A stretch of DNA of 64,000 nucleotides, taken from assembly GCA_964016885.1 (NCBI GenBank), contig OZ024757.1:6758001-6822000 (forward strand), written 5' to 3'. The notes beneath the pieces were generated by a model that saw nothing but the letters and a program-made list of their open reading frames with translations, searched no databases and was not told where the DNA came from. The translations under genes were made by a program, and so were the position numbers. This document shows positions 10,301 to 26,300 of the stretch, piece after piece. Numbering within the stretch: position 1 is the stretch's first letter; each line of letters starts with the position of its first letter. This DNA comes from Eledone cirrhosa. Its lineage: Eukaryota.

Positions 10301-12300
10301 TTCTCGAAAATCACACCACACACAGCAAATCTGTGTCCGCACATGTACCAGTAATTACAGATCGATTCCGGTGAAAATTCACCGAAAACGGGCCATTCGG
10401 CCCTGTGCGTCGATCGTGGGCCGGCCGGATGTTGACGGATCGATGTGTAATTTGAAGTATATGTGCGGACACTCATTGGCTGTGCGTGGTATGCATTTCA
10501 GCAAGATATCTCCGTAACATCAAGAGTTATGGCTGTGGAGGCACACCTAGTCAAACGTAAACAAGGTATGGAGCGTTTACGCTTCGCGATTTTGTTTACG
10601 TTTGACTAGGTGTGCCTCCACAGCCACAACTCTTGATGTTACGGAGATATCTTGCTGAAATTCATACCACCCACAGCCAATGAGTGTCCGCACATGTACT
10701 TCTAATTACACATCGATCCGTCAACATCCGGCCGGCCCACGATCGACGCATAGGGCCGGATGGCCCGTTTTCAGTGAATTTTCACCGGAATCGATCTGTA
10801 ATTACTGGTACTTGTGCGGACACTCATTGGCTGTGTGTGGTGTGATTTTCGAGAAAAACTGCCCATGCTAAATGAGGAAGCTGAAGTCCGCCGGCGAATG
10901 GTGTGCTTCGAAGAAAACTAATTCGAAAATGACCGCTTGCAGGCGGAGTAACCTTTTCGATCGTGGGCCAGCCGCCCGTGTTGGGATCCATCTGTAATTA
11001 CTGGTACATGTACGGACACTCATTGCCTGTGTGTGGTGTGATTTTCGAGAAAAACTGCCCATGCTAAATGAGGCAGCTGAAGTCCGCCGGCGAATCGTGT
11101 GCTTCGAAGAAAACTAATTCGAAAATGACCGCTTGCAGGCGGAGTAACCTTTTCGATCGTGGGCCAGCCGCCCGTGGTGGGATCCATCTGTAATTACTGG
11201 TACATGTACGGACACTCATTGCCTGTGTGTGGTGTGATTTTCGAGAAAAACTGCCCATGCTAAATGAGGCAGCTGAAGTCCGCCGGCGAATGGTGTGCTT
11301 CGAAGAAAACGAATTCGAAAATGACTATTTGCCGGCGGAATCACCTTTTCGGTCCTGGTCCGGCCGGATCTTGCCGGATCGATCGGAAATTTGTGGACCA
11401 TGTTCGGAAGGCCATTGTGCATGTGTGGTGAAAAAAAGTTGTGTCGAAATCTTCTCGGAAAATAACGGATCGCCGGCGGAGATTGCCATTTCGATCGTGG
11501 GCCGGCCGGATCTTGTCGGATCGATTCGGACATATGTGCATCGTGTTCGCAAGGCCCTTGTCTATGTGTGGTGTGATTTTCATAAAGAAATTCCGAAAAA
11601 CCCAGTTTTAAATCTGATATCGCCAAAGAATTTTGGGTATCAGATCGGGTTGAAAGGTATGGTTTCAAGTCGATCTGAAAGTCTAAAATGGAATTCACTC
11701 GGTTAGCTAACTTTTGATATATCGGAGATATCTTTCTGAAAATCACACCACACACTCCCAATGAGTGTCTGCACATGTACCAGTAATTACAGATGGATCC
11801 CACCACGGGCGGCCGGCCCACGATCGAAAAGGTTACTCCGAAGCACACCATTCGCCGGCGGACTTCATTTAGCATGGGCAGTTTTTCTTGAAGATCACAC
11901 CACACACAGCCAATGAGTGTCCGCACATGTACCAGTAATTACAGATGGATCCCACTACGGGCGGCTGGCCCACGATCGAAAAGGTTACTCCGCCTGCAAA
12001 CGGTCATTTTCGAATTCGTTTTCTTCGAAGCACACCATTCGCCGGCGGACTTCAGCTGCCTCATTTAGCATGGGCAGCTTTTCTCGAAAATCACACCACA
12101 AACAGCCAATGAGTGTCCGCACATGTACCAGTAATTACAGATGGATCACACCACGGGCGGCTGGCCCACGATCGAAAAGGTTACTCCGCCTGCAAACGGT
12201 CATTTTCGAATTCGTTTTCTTCGAAGCACACCATTCGCCGGCGGACTTCAGCTTCCTCATTTAGCATGGGCAGTTTTTCTCGAAAATCACACCACACACA
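4400..12300. repeat. Higher-order repeat, 3756-bp dimer (1780+1976), about 2 copies
   Basis: Private variants recur at exactly +3756: ATGATAAATG 5528/9284, AGATAGATC 6411/10167, GGTACTTGTG 7056/10812. Boundaries are approximate. Confidence 0.92.
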
Positions 12301-14333
12301 GCAAATCTGTGTCCGCACATGTACCAGTAATTACAGATCGATTCCGGTGAAAATTCACCGAAAACGGGCCATTCGGCCCTGTGCGTCGATCGTGGGCCGG
12401 CCGGATGTTGACGGATCGATGTGTAATTAGAAGTATATGTGCGGACACTCATTGGCTGTGCGTGGTATGCATTTCAGCAAGATATCTCCGTAACATCAAG
12501 AGTTATGGCTGTGGAGGCACACCTAGTCAAACGTAAACAAGGTATGGAGCGTTTACGCTTCGCGATTTTGTTTACGTTTGACTAGGTGTGCCTCCACAGC
12601 CACAACTCTTGATGTTACGGAGATATCTTGCTGAAATTCATACCACCCACAGCCAATGAGTGTCCGCACATGTACTTCTAATTACACGTCGATCCGTCAA
12701 CATCCGGCCGGCCCACGATCGACGCATAGGGCCGGATGGCCCGTTTTCAGTGAATTTTCACCGGAAACGATCTGTAATTACTGGTACATGTGCGGACACT
12801 CATTGGCTGTGTGTGGTGTGATTTTCGAGAAAAACTGCCCATGCTAAATGAGGAAGCTGAAGTCCGCCGGCGAATGGTGTGCTTCGAAGAAAACTAATTC
12901 GAAAATGACCGCTTGCAGGCGGAGTAACCTTTTCGATCGTGGGCCAGCCGCCCGTGTTGGGATCCATCTGTAATTACTGGTACATGTGCGGACACACATT
13001 TGCTGTGTGTGGTGTGATTTTCAAGAAAAACTGCCCATGCTAAATGAGGAAGCTGAAGTCCGCCGGCGAATGGTGTGCTTCGAAGAAAACGAATTCGAAA
13101 ATGACTATTTGCCGGCGGAATCACCTTTTCGGTCCTGGTCCGGCCGGATCTTGCCGGATCGATCGGAAATTTGTGGACCATGTTCGGAAGGCCATTGTGC
13201 ATGTGTGGTGAAAAAAAGTTGTGTCGAAATCTTCTCGGAAAATAACGGATCGCCGGCGGAGATTGCCATTTCGATCGTGGGCCGGCCGGATCTTGTCGGA
13301 TCGATTCGGACATATGTGCATCGTGTTCGCAAGGCCATTGTCTATGTGTGGTGTGACTTTCATAAAGAAATTCCGAAAAACCCAGTTTTAAATCTGATTT
13401 CGCCAAAGAATTTTGGCTATCAGATCGGGTTGAAAGGTATGGTTTCAAGTCGATCTGAAAGTCTAAAATGGAATTCACTCGGTTAGCTAACTTTTGATAT
13501 ATCGGAGATATCTTTCTGAAAATCACACCACACACTCCCAATGAGTGTCTGCACATGTACCAGTAATTACAGATGGATCCCACCACGGGCGGCCGGCCCA
13601 CGATCGAAAAGGTTACTCCGAAGCACACCATTCGCCGGCGGACTTCATTTAGCATGGGCAGTTTTTCTTGAAGATCACACCACACACAGCCAATGAGTGT
13701 CCGCACATGTACCAGTAATTACAGATGGATCCCACTACGGGCGGCTGGCCCACGATCGAAAAGGTTACTCCGCCTGCAAACGGTCATTTTCGAATTCGTT
13801 TTCTTCGAAGCACACCATTCGCCGGCGGACTTCAGCTGCCTCATTTAGCATGGGCAGCTTTTCTCGAAAATCACACCACACACAGCCAATGAGTGTCCGC
13901 ACATGTACCAGTAATTACAGATGGATCACACCACGGGCGGCTGGCCCACGATCGAAAAGGTTACTCCGCCTGCAAACGGTCATTTTCGAATTCGTTTTCT
14001 TCGAAGCACACCATTCGCCGGCGGACTTCAGCTTCCTCATTTAGCATGGGCAGTTTTTCTCGAAAATCACACCACACACAGCAAATCTGTGTCCGCACAT
14101 GTACCAGTAATTACAGATCGATTCCGGTGAAAATTCACCGAAAACGGGCCATTCGGCCCTGTGCGTCGATCGTGGGCCGGCCGGATGTTGACGGATCGAT
14201 GTGTAATTAGAAGTATATGTGCGGACACTCATTGGCTGTGCGTGGTATGCATTTCAGCAAGATATCTCCGTAACATCAAGAGTTATGGCTGTGGAGGCAC
14301 ACCTAGTCAAACGTAAACAAGGTATGGAGCGTT

Positions 14334-17300
14334 TACGCTTCGCGATTTTGTTTACGTTTGACTAGGTGTGCCTCCACAGCCACAACTCTTGATGTTACGG
14401 AGATATCTTGCTGAAATTCATACCACCCACAGCCAATGAGTGTCCGCACATGTACTTCTAATTACACATCGATCCGTCAACATCCGGCCGGCCCACGATC
14501 GACGCATAGGGCCGGATGGCCCGTTTTCAGTGAATTTTCACCGGAATCGATCTGTAATTACTGGTACATGTGCGGACACTCATTGGCTGTGTGTGGTGTG
14601 ATTTTCGAGAAAAACTGCCCATGCTAAATGAGGAAGCTGAAGTCCGCCGGCGAATGGTGTGCTTCGAAGAAAACTAATTCGAAAATGACCGCTTGCAGGC
14701 GGAGTAACCTTTTCGATCGTGGGCCAGCCGCCCGTGTTGGGATCCATCTGTAATTACTGGTACATGTGCGGACACACATTTGCTGTGTGTGGTGTGATTT
14801 TCAAGAAAAACTGCCCATGCTAAATGAGGAAGCTGAAGTCCGCCGGCGAATGGTGTGCTTCGAAGAAAACGAATTCGAAAATGACTATTTGCCGGCGGAA
14901 TCACCTTTTCGGTCCTGGTCCGGCCGGATCTTGCCGGATCGATCGGAAATTTGTGGACCATGTTCGGAAGGCCATTGTGCATGTGTGGTGAAAAAAAGTT
15001 GTGTCGAAATCTTCTCGGAAAATAACGGATCGCCGGCGGAGATTGCCATTTCGATCGTGGGCCGGCCGGATCTTGTCGGATCGATTCGGACATATGTGCA
15101 TCGTGTTCGCAAGGCCATTGTCTATGTGTGGTGTGATTTTCATAAAGAAATTCCGAAAAACCCAGTTTTAAATCTGATTTCGCCAAAGAATTTTGGCTAT
15201 CAGATCGGGTTGAAAGGTATGGTTTCAAGTCGATCTGAAAGTCTAAAATGGAATTCACTCGGTTAGCTAACTTTTGATATATCGGAGATATCTTTCTGAA
15301 AATCACACCACACACTCCCAATGAGTGTCTGCACATGTACCAGTAATTACAGATGGATCCCACCACGGGCGGCCGGCCCACGATCGAAAAGGTTACTCCG
15401 CCTGCAAACGGTCATTTTCGAATTCGTTTTCTTCAGCTTCCTCATTTAGCATGGGCAGTTTTTCTCGAAAATCACACCACACACAGCAAATCTGTGTCCG
15501 CACATGTACCAGTAATTACAGACCGATTCCGGTGAAAATTCACCGAAAACGGGCCATTCGGTCCTGTGCGTCGATCGTGGGCCGGCCGGATGTTGACGGA
15601 TCGATGTGTAATTAGAAGTACATGTGCGGACACTCATTGGCTGTGCGTGGTATGCATTTCAGCAAGATATCTCCGTAACATCAAGAGTTATGGCTGTGGA
15701 GGCACACCTAGTCAAACGTAAACAAGGTATGGAGCGTTTACGCTTCGCGATTTTGTTTACGTTTGACTAGGTGTGCCTCCACAGCCACAACTCTTGATGT
15801 TACGGAGATATCTTGCTGAAATGCATACCACGCACAGCCAATGAGTGTCCGCACATGTACCAGTAATTACACATCGATCCGTCAACATGCGGCCGGCCTA
15901 CGATCGACGCATAGGGCCGGATGGCCCGTTTTCGGTGAATTTTCACCGGAATCGATCTGTAATTACTGGTACATGTGCGGACACTCATTTGCTGTGTGTG
16001 GTGTGATTTTCAAGAAAAACTGCCCATGCTAAATGAGGAAGCTGAAGTCCGCCGGCGAATGGTGTATTCGAAGAAAACGAATTCGAAAATGACTATTTGC
16101 CGGCGGAATCACCTTTTCGGTCCTGGTCCGGCCGGATCTTGCCGGATCGATCGGAAATTTATGGACCATGTTCGGAAGGCCATTGTGCATGTGTGGTGAA
16201 AAAAAGTTGTGTCGAAATCTTCTCGGAAAATAACGGATCGCCGGCGGAGATTGCCATTTCGATCGTGGGCCGGCCGGATCTTGTCGGATCGATTCGGACA
16301 TATGTGCATCGTGTTCGCAAGGCCCTTGTCTATGTGTGGTGTGATTTTCATAAAGAAATTCCGAAAAACCCAGTTTTAAATCTGATATCGCCAAAGAATT
16401 TTGGGTATCAGATCGGGTTGAAAGGTATGGTTTCAAGTCGATCTGAAAGTCTAAAATGGAATTCACTCGGTTAGCTAACTTTTGATATATCGGAGATATC
16501 TTTCTGAAAATCACACCACACACTCCCAATGAGTGTCTGCACATGTACCAGTAATTACAGATGGATCCCACCACGGGCGGCCGGCCCACGATCGAAAAGG
16601 TTACTCCGAAGCACACCATTCGCCGGCGGACTTCATTTAGCATGGGCAGTTTTTCTTGAAGATCACACCACACACAGCCAATGAGTGTCCGCACATGTAC
16701 CAGTAATTACAGATGGATCCCACTACGGGCGGCTGGCCCACGATCGAAAAGGTTACTCCGCCTGCAAACGGTCATTTTCGAATTCGTTTTCTTCGAAGCA
16801 CACCATTCGCCGGCGGACTTCAGCTGCCTCATTTAGCATGGGCAGCTTTTCTCGAAAATCACACCACAAACAGCCAATGAGTGTCCGCACATGTACCAGT
16901 AATTACAGATGGATCACACCACGGGCGGCTGGCCCACGATCGAAAAGGTTACTCCGCCTGCAAACGGTCATTTTCGAATTCGTTTTCTTCGAAGCACACC
17001 ATTCGCCGGCGGACTTCAGCTTCCTCATTTAGCATGGGCAGTTTTTCTCGAAAATCACACCACACACAGCAAATCTGTGTCCGCACATGTACCAGTAATT
17101 ACAGATCGATTCCGGTGAAAATTCACCGAAAACGGGCCATTCGGCCCTGTGCGTCGATCGTGGGCCGGCCGGATGTTGACGGATCGATGTGTAATTAGAA
17201 GTATATGTGCGGACACTCATTGGCTGTGCGTGGTATGCATTTCAGCAAGATATCTCCGTAACATCAAGAGTTATGGCTGTGGAGGCACACCTAGTCAAAC

Positions 17301-20300
17301 GTAAACAAGGTATGGAGCGTTTACGCTTCGCGATTTTGTTTACGTTTGACTAGGTGTGCCTCCACAGCCACAACTCTTGATGTTACGGAGATATCTTGCT
17401 GAAATTCATACCACCCACAGCCAATGAGTGTCCGCATATGTACTTCTAATTACACATCGATCCGTCAACATCCGGCCGGCCCACGATCGACGCATAGGGC
17501 CGGATGGCCCGTTTTCAGTGAATTTTCACCGGAATCGATCTGTAATTACTGGTACATGTGCGGACACTCATTGGCTGTGTGTGGTGTGATTTTCGAGAAA
17601 AACTGCCCATGCTAAATGAGGAAGCTGAAGTCCGCCGGCGAATGGTGTGCTTCGAAGAAAACTAATTCGAAAATGACCGCTTGCAGGCGGAGTAACCTTT
17701 TCGATCGTGGGCCAGCCGCCCGTGTTGGGATCCATCTGTAATTACTGGTACATGTGCGGACACACATTTGCTGTGTGTGGTGTGATTTTCAAGAAAAACT
17801 GCCCATGCTAAATGAGGAAGCTGAAGTCCGCCGGCGAATGGTGTGCTTCGAAGAAAACGAATTCGAAAATGACTATTTGCCGGCGGAATCACCTTTTCGG
17901 TCCTGGTCCGGCCGGATCTTGCCGGATCGATCGGAAATTTGTGGACCATGTTCGGAAGGCCATTGTGCATGTGTGGTGAAAAAAAGTTGTGTCGAAATCT
18001 TCTCGGAAAATAACGGATCGCCGGCGGAGATTGCCATTTCGATCGTGGGCCGGCCGGATCTTGTCGGATCGATTCGGACATATGTGCATCGTGTTCGCAA
18101 GGCCATTGTCTATGTGTGGTGTGATTTTCATAAAGAAATTCCGAAAAACCCAGTTTTAAATCTGATTTCGCCAAAGAATTTTGGCTATCAGATCGGGTTG
18201 AAAGGTATGGTTTCAAGTCGATCTGAAAGTCTAAAATGGAATTCACTCGGTTAGCTAACTTTTGATATATCGGAGATATCTTTCTGAAAATCACACCACA
18301 CACTCCCAATGAGTGTCTGCACATGTACCAGTAATTACAGATGGATCCCACCACGGGCGGCCGGCCCACGATCGAAAAGGTTACTCCGAAGCACACCATT
18401 CGCCGGCGGACTTCATTTAGCATGGGCAGTTTTTCTTGAAGATCACACCACACACAGCCAATGAGTGTCCGCACATGTACCAGTAATTACAGATGGATCC
18501 CACTACGGGCGGCTGGCCCACGATCGAAAAGGTTACTCCGCCTGCAAACGGTCATTTTCGAATTCGTTTTCTTCAGCTTCCTCATTTAGCATGGGCAGTT
18601 TTTCTCGAAAATCACACCACACACAGCAAATCTGTGTCCGCACATGTACCAGTAATTACAGACCGATTCCGGTGAAAATTCACCGAAAACGGGCCATTCG
18701 GTCCTGTGCGTCGATCGTGGGCCGGCCGGATGTTGACGGATCGATGTGTAATTAAAAGTACATGTGCGGACACCCATTGGCTGTGCGTGGTATGCATTTC
18801 AGCAAGATATCTCCGTAACATCAAGAGTTATGGCTGTGGAGGCACACCTAGTCAAACGTAAACAAGGTATGGAGCGTTTACGCTTCGCGATTTTGTTTAC
18901 GTTTGACTAGGTGTGCCTCCACAGCCACAACTCTTGATGTTACGGAGATATCTTGCTGAAATGCATACCACGCACAGCCAATGAGTGTCCGCACATGTAC
19001 CAGTAATTACACATCGATCCGTCAACATGCGGCCGGCCTACGATCGACGCATAGGGCCGGATGGCCCGTTTTCGGTGAATTTTCACCGGAATCGATCTGT
19101 AATTACTGGTACATGTGCGGACACTCATTTGCTGTGTGTGGTGTGATTTTCAAGAAAAACTGCCCATGCTAAATGAGGAAGCTGAAGTCCGCCGGCGAAT
19201 GGTGTATTCGAAGAAAACGAATTCGAAAATGACTATTTGCCGGCGGAATCACCTTTTCGGTCCTGGTCCGGCCGGATCTTGCCGGATCGATCGGAAATTT
19301 ATGGACCATGTTCGGAAGGCCATTGTGCATGTGTGGTGAAAAAAAGTTGTGTCGAAATCTTCTCGGAAAATAACGGATCGCCGGCGGAGATTGCCATTTC
19401 CATCGTGGGCCGGCCGGATCTTGTCGGATCGATTCGGACATATGTGCATCGTGTTCGCAAGGCCCTTGTCTATGTGTGGTGTGATTTTCATAAAGAAATT
19501 CCGAAAAACCCAGTTTTAAATCTGATATCGCCAAAGAATTTTGGGTATCAGATCGGGTTGAAAGGTATGGTTTCAAGTCGATCTGAAAGTCTAAAATGGA
19601 ATTCACTCGGTTAGCTAACTTTTGATATATCGGAGATATCTTTCTGAAAATCACACCACACACTCCCAATGAGTGTCTGCACATGTACCAGTAATTACAG
19701 ATGGATCCCACCACGGGCGGCCGGCCCACGATCGAAAAGGTTACTCCGAAGCACACCATTCGCCGGCGGACTTCATTTAGCATGGGCAGTTTTTCTTGAA
19801 GATCACACCACACACAGCCAATGAGTGTCCGCACATGTACCAGTAATTACAGATGGATCCCACTACGGGCGGCTGGCCCACGATCGAAAAGGTTACTCCG
19901 CCTGCAAACGGTCATTTTCGAATTCGTTTTCTTCGAAGCACACCATTCGCCGGCGGACTTCAGCTGCCTCATTTAGCATGGGCAGCTTTTCTCGAAAATC
20001 ACACCACAAACAGCCAATGAGTGTCCGCACATGTACCAGTAATTACAGATGGATCACACCACGGGCGGCTGGCCCACGATCGAAAAGGTTACTCCGCCTG
20101 CAAACGGTCATTTTCGAATTCGTTTTCTTCGAAGCACACCATTCGCCGGCGGACTTCAGCTTCCTCATTTAGCATGGGCAGTTTTTCTCGAAAATCACAC
20201 CACACACAGCAAATCTGTGTCCGCACATGTACCAGTAATTACAGATCGATTCCGGTGAGAATTCACCGAAAACGGGCCATTCGGCCCTGTGCGTCGATCG

Positions 20301-23300
20301 TGGGCCGGCCGGATGTTGACGGATCGATGTGTAATTAGAAGTATATGTGCGGACACTCATTGGCTGTGCGTGGTATGCATTTCAGCAAGATATCTCCGTA
20401 ACATCAAGAGTTATGGCTGTGGAGGCACACCTAGTCAAACGTAAACAAGGTATGGAGCGTTTACGCTTCGCGATTTTGTTTACGTTTGACTAGGTGTGCC
20501 TCCACAGCCACCACTCTTGATGTTACGGAGATATCTTGCTGAAATTCATACCACCCACAGCCAATGAGTGTCCGCACATGTACTTCTAATTACACATCGA
20601 TCCGTCAACATCCGGCCGGCCCACGATCGACGCATAGGGCCGGATGGCCCGTTTTCAGTGAATTTTCACCGGAATCGATCTGTAATTACTGGTACATGTG
20701 CGGACACTCATTGGCTGTGTGTGGTGTGATTTTCGAGAAAAACTGCCCATGCTAAATGAGGAAGCTGAAGTCCGCCGGCGAATGGTGTGCTTCGAAGAAA
20801 ACTAATTCGAAAATGACCGCTTGCAGGCGGAGTAACCTTTTCGATCGTGGGCCAGCCGCCCGTGTTGGGATCCATCTGTAATTACTGGTACATGTGCGGA
20901 CACACATTTGCTGTGTGTGGTGTGATTTTCAAGAAAAACTGCCCATGCTAAATGAGGAAGCTGAAGTCCGCCGGCGAATGGTGTGCTTCGAAGAAAACGA
21001 ATTCGAAAATGACTATTTGCCGGCGGAATCACCTTTTCGGTCCTGGTCCGGCCGGATCTTGCCGGATCGATCGGAAATTTGTGGACCATGTTCGGAAGGC
21101 CATTGTGCATGTGTGGTGAAAAAAAGTTGTGTCGAAATCTTCTCGGAAAATAACGGATCGCCGGCGGAGATTGCCATTTCGATCGTGGGCCGGCCGGATC
21201 TTGTCGGATCGATTCGGACATATGTGCATCGTGTTCGCAAGGCCATTGTCTATGTGTGGTGTGATTTTCATAAAGAAATTCCGAAAAACCCAGTTTTAAA
21301 TCTGATTTCGCCAAAGAATTTTGGCTATCAGATCGGGTTGAAAGGTATGGTTTCAAGTCGATCTGAAAGTCTAAAATGGAATTCACTCGGTTAGCTAACT
21401 TTTGATATATCGGAGATATCTTTCTGAAAATCACACCACACACTCCCAATGAGTGTCTGCACATGTACCAGTAATTACAGATGGATCCCACCACGGGCGG
21501 CCGGCCCACGATCGAAAAGGTTACTCCGCCTGCAAACGGTCATTTTCGAATTCGTTTTCTTCAGCTTCCTCATTTAGCATGGGCAGTTTTTCTCGAAAAT
21601 CACACCACACACAGCAAATCTGTGTCCGCACATGTACCAGTAATTACAGACCGATTCCGGTGAAAATTCACCGAAAACGGGCCATTCGGTCCTGTGCGTC
21701 GATCGTGGGCCGGCCGGATGTTGACGGATCGATGTGTAATTAAAAGTACATGTGCGGACACTCATTGGCTGTGCGTGGTATGCATTTCAGCAAGATATCT
21801 CCGTAACATCAAGAGTTATGGCTGTGGAGGCACACCTAGTCAAACGTAAACAAGGTATGGAGCGTTTACGCTTCGCGATTTTGTTTACGTTTGACTAGGT
21901 GTGCCTCCACAGCCACAACTCTTGATGTTACGGAGATATCTTGCTGAAATGCATACCACGCACAGCCAATGAGTGTCCGCACATGTACCAGTAATTACAC
22001 ATCGATCCGTCAACATGCGGCCGGCCTACGATCGACGCATAGGGCCGGATGGCCCGTTTTCGGTGAATTTTCCCCGGAATCGATCTGTAATTACTGGTAC
22101 ATGTGCGGACACTCATTTGCTGTGTGTGGTGTGATTTTCAAGAAAAACTGCCCATGCTAAATGAGGAAGCTGAAGTCCGCCGGCGAATGGTGTATTCGAA
22201 GAAAACGAATTCGAAAATGACTATTTGCCGGCGGAATCACCTTTTCGGTCCTGGTCCGGCCGGATCTTGCCGGATCGATCGGAAATTTATGGACCATGTT
22301 CGGAAGGCCATTGTGCATGTGTGGTGAAAAAAAGTTGTGTCGAAATCTTCTCGGAAAATAACGGATCGCCGGCGGAGATTGCCATTTCGATCGTGGGCCG
22401 GCCGGATCTTGTCGGATCGATTCGGACATATGTGCATCGTGTTCGCAAGGCCCTTGTCTATGTGTGGTGTGATTTTCATAAAGAAATTCCGAAAAACCCA
22501 GTTTTAAATCTGATATCGCCAAAGAATTTTGGGTATCAGATCGGGTTGAAAGGTATGGTTTCAAGTCGATCTGAAAGTCTAAAATGGAATTCACTCGGTT
22601 AGCTAACTTTTGATATATCGGAGATATCTTTCTGAAAATCACACCACACACTCCCAATGAGTGTCTGCACATGTACCAGTAATTACAGATGGATCCCACC
22701 ACGGGCGGCCGGCCCACGATCGAAAAGGTTACTCCGAAGCACACCACTCGCCGGCGGACTTCATTTAGCATGGGCAGTTTTTCTTGAAGATCACACCACA
22801 CACAGCCAATGAGTGTCCGCACATGTACCAGTAATTACAGATGGATCCCACTACGGGCGGCTGGCCCACGATCGAAAAGGTTACTCCGCCTGCAAACGGT
22901 CATTTTCGAATTCGTTTTCTTCGAAGCACACCATTCGCCGGCGGACTTCAGCTGCCTCATTTAGCATGGGCAGCTTTTCTCGAAAATCACACCACAAACA
23001 GCCAATGAGTGTCCGCACATGTACCAGTAATTACAGATGGATCACACCACGGGCGGCTGGCCCACGATCGAAAAGGTTACTCCGCCTGCAAACGGTCATT
23101 TTCGAATTCGTTTTCTTCGAAGCACACCATTCGCCGGCGGACTTCAGCTTCCTCATTTAGCATGGGCAGTTTTTCTCGAAAATCACACCACACACAGCAA
23201 ATCTGTGTCCGCACATGTACCAGTAATTACAGATCGATTCCGGTGAAAATTCACCGAAAACGGGCCATTCGGCCCTGTGCGTCGATCGTGGGCCGGCCGG

Positions 23301-26300
23301 ATGTTGACGGATCGATGTGTAATTAGAAGTATATGTGCGGACACTCATTGGCTGTGCGTGGTATGCATTTCAGCAAGATATCTCCGTAACATCAAGAGTT
23401 ATGGCTGTGGAGGCACACCTAGTCAAACGTAAACAAGGTATGGAGCGTTTACGCTTCGCGATTTTGTTTACGTTTGACTAGGTGTGCCTCCACAGCCACA
23501 ACTCTTGATGTTACGGAGATATCTTGCTGAAATTCATACCACCCACAGCCAATGAGTGTCCGCATATGTACTTCTAATTACACATCGATCCGTCAACATC
23601 CGGCCGGCCCACGATCGACGCATAGGGCCGGATGGCCCGTTTTCAGTGAATTTTCACCGGAATCGATCTGTAATTACTGGTACATGTGCGGACACTCATT
23701 GGCTGTGTGTGGTGTGATTTTCGAGAAAAACTGCCCATGCTAAATGAGGAAGCTGAAGTCCGCCGGCGAATGGTGTGCTTCGAAGAAAACTAATTCGAAA
23801 ATGACCGCTTGCAGGCGGAGTAACCTTTTCGATCGTGGGCCAGCCGCCCGTGTTGGGATCCATCTGTAATTACTGGTACATGTGCGGACACACATTTGCT
23901 GTGTGTGGTGTGATTTTCAAGAAAAACTGCCCATGCTAAATGAGGAAGCTGAAGTCCGCCGGCGAATGGTGTGCTTCGAAGAAAACGAATTCGAAAATGA
24001 CTATTTGCCGGCGGAATCACCTTTTCGGTCCTGGTCCGGCCGGATCTTGCCGGATCGATCGGAAATTTGTGGACCATGTTCGGAAGGCCATTGTGCATGT
24101 GTGGTGAAAAAAAGTTGTGTCGAAATCTTCTCGGAAAATAACGGATCGCCGGCGGAGATTGCCATTTCGATCGTGGGCCGGCCGGATCTTGTCGGATCGA
24201 TTCGGACATATGTGCATCGTGTTCGCAAGGCCATTGTCTATGTGTGGTGTGATTTTCATAAAGAAATTCCGAAAAACCCAGTTTTAAATCTGATTTCGCC
24301 AAAGAATTTTGGCTATCAGATCGGGTTGAAAGGTATGGTTTCAAGTCGATCTGAAAGTCTAAAATGGAATTCACTCGGTTAGCTAACTTTTGATATATCG
24401 GAGATATCTTTCTGAAAATCACACCACACACTCCCAATGAGTGTCTGCACATGTACCAGTAATTACAGATGGATCCCACCACGGGCGGCCGGCCCACGAT
24501 CGAAAAGGTTACTCCGAAGCACACCATTCGCCGGCGGACTTCATTTAGCATGGGCAGTTTTTCTTGAAGATCACACCACACACAGCCAATGAGTGTCCGC
24601 ACATGTACCAGTAATTACAGATGGATCCCACTACGGGCGGCTGGCCCACGATCGAAAAGGTTACTCCGCCTGCAAACGGTCATTTTCGAATTCGTTTTCT
24701 TCAGCTTCCTCATTTAGCATGGGCAGTTTTTCTCGAAAATCACACCACACACAGCAAATCTGTGTCCGCACATGTACCAGTAATTACAGACCGATTCCGG
24801 TGAAAATTCACCGAAAACGGGCCATTCGGTCCTGTGCGTCGATCGTGGGCCGGCCGGATGTTGACGGATCGATGTGTAATTAAAAGTACATGTGCGGACA
24901 CTCATTGGCTGTGCGTGGTATGCATTTCAGCAAGATATCTCCGTAACATCAAGAGTTATGGCTGTGGAGGCACACCTAGTCAAACGTAAACAAGGTATGG
25001 AGCGTTTACGCTTCGCGATTTTGTTTACGTTTGACTAGGTGTGCCTCCACAGCCACAACTCTTGATGTTACGGAGATATCTTGCTGAAATGCATACCACG
25101 CACAGCCAATGAGTGTCCGCACATGTACCAGTAATTACACATCGATCCGTCAACATGCGGCCGGCCTACGATCGACGCATAGGGCCGGATGGCCCGTTTT
25201 CGGTGAATTTTCCCCGGAATCGATCTGTAATTACTGGTACATGTGCGGACACTCATTTGCTGTGTGTGGTGTGATTTTCAAGAAAAACTGCCCATGCTAA
25301 ATGAGGAAGCTGAAGTCCGCCGGCGAATGGTGTATTCGAAGAAAACGAATTCGAAAATGACTATTTGCCGGCGGAATCACCTTTTCGGTCCTGGTCCGGC
25401 CGGATCTTGCCGGATCGATCGGAAATTTATGGACCATGTTCGGAAGGCCATTGTGCATGTGTGGTGAAAAAAAGTTGTGTCGAAATCTTCTCGGAAAATA
25501 ACGGATCGCCGGCGGAGATTGCCATTTCGATCGTGGGCCGGCCGGATCTTGTCGGATCGATTCGGACATATGTGCATCGTGTTCGCAAGGCCCTTGTCTA
25601 TGTGTGGTGTGATTTTCATAAAGAAATTCCGAAAAACCCAGTTTTAAATCTGATATCGCCAAAGAATTTTGGCTATCAGATCGGGTTGAAAGGTATGGTT
25701 TCAAGTCGATCTGAAAGTCTAAAATGGAATTCACTCGGTTAGCTAACTTTTGATATATCGGAGATATCTTTCTGAAAATCACACCACACACTCCCAATGA
25801 GTGTCTGCACATGTACCAGTAATTACAGATGGATCCCACCACGGGCGGCCGGCCCACGATCGAAAAGGTTACTCCGAAGCACACCACTCGCCGGCGGACT
25901 TCATTTAGCATGGGCAGTTTTTCTTGAAGATCACACCACACACAGCCAATGAGTGTCCGCACATGTACCAGTAATTACAGATGGATCCCACTACGGGCGG
26001 CTGGCCCACGATCGAAAAGGTTACTCCGCCTGCAAACGGTCATTTTCGAATTCGTTTTCTTCGAAGCACACCATTCGCCGGCGGACTTCAGCTGCCTCAT
26101 TTAGCATGGGCAGCTTTTCTCGAAAATCACACCACAAACAGCCAATGAGTGTCCGCACATGTACCAGTAATTACAGATGGATCACACCACGGGCGGCTGG
26201 CCCACGATCGAAAAGGTTACTCCGCCTGCAAACGGTCATTTTCGAATTCGTTTTCTTCGAAGCACACCATTCGCCGGCGGACTTCAGCTTCCTCATTTAG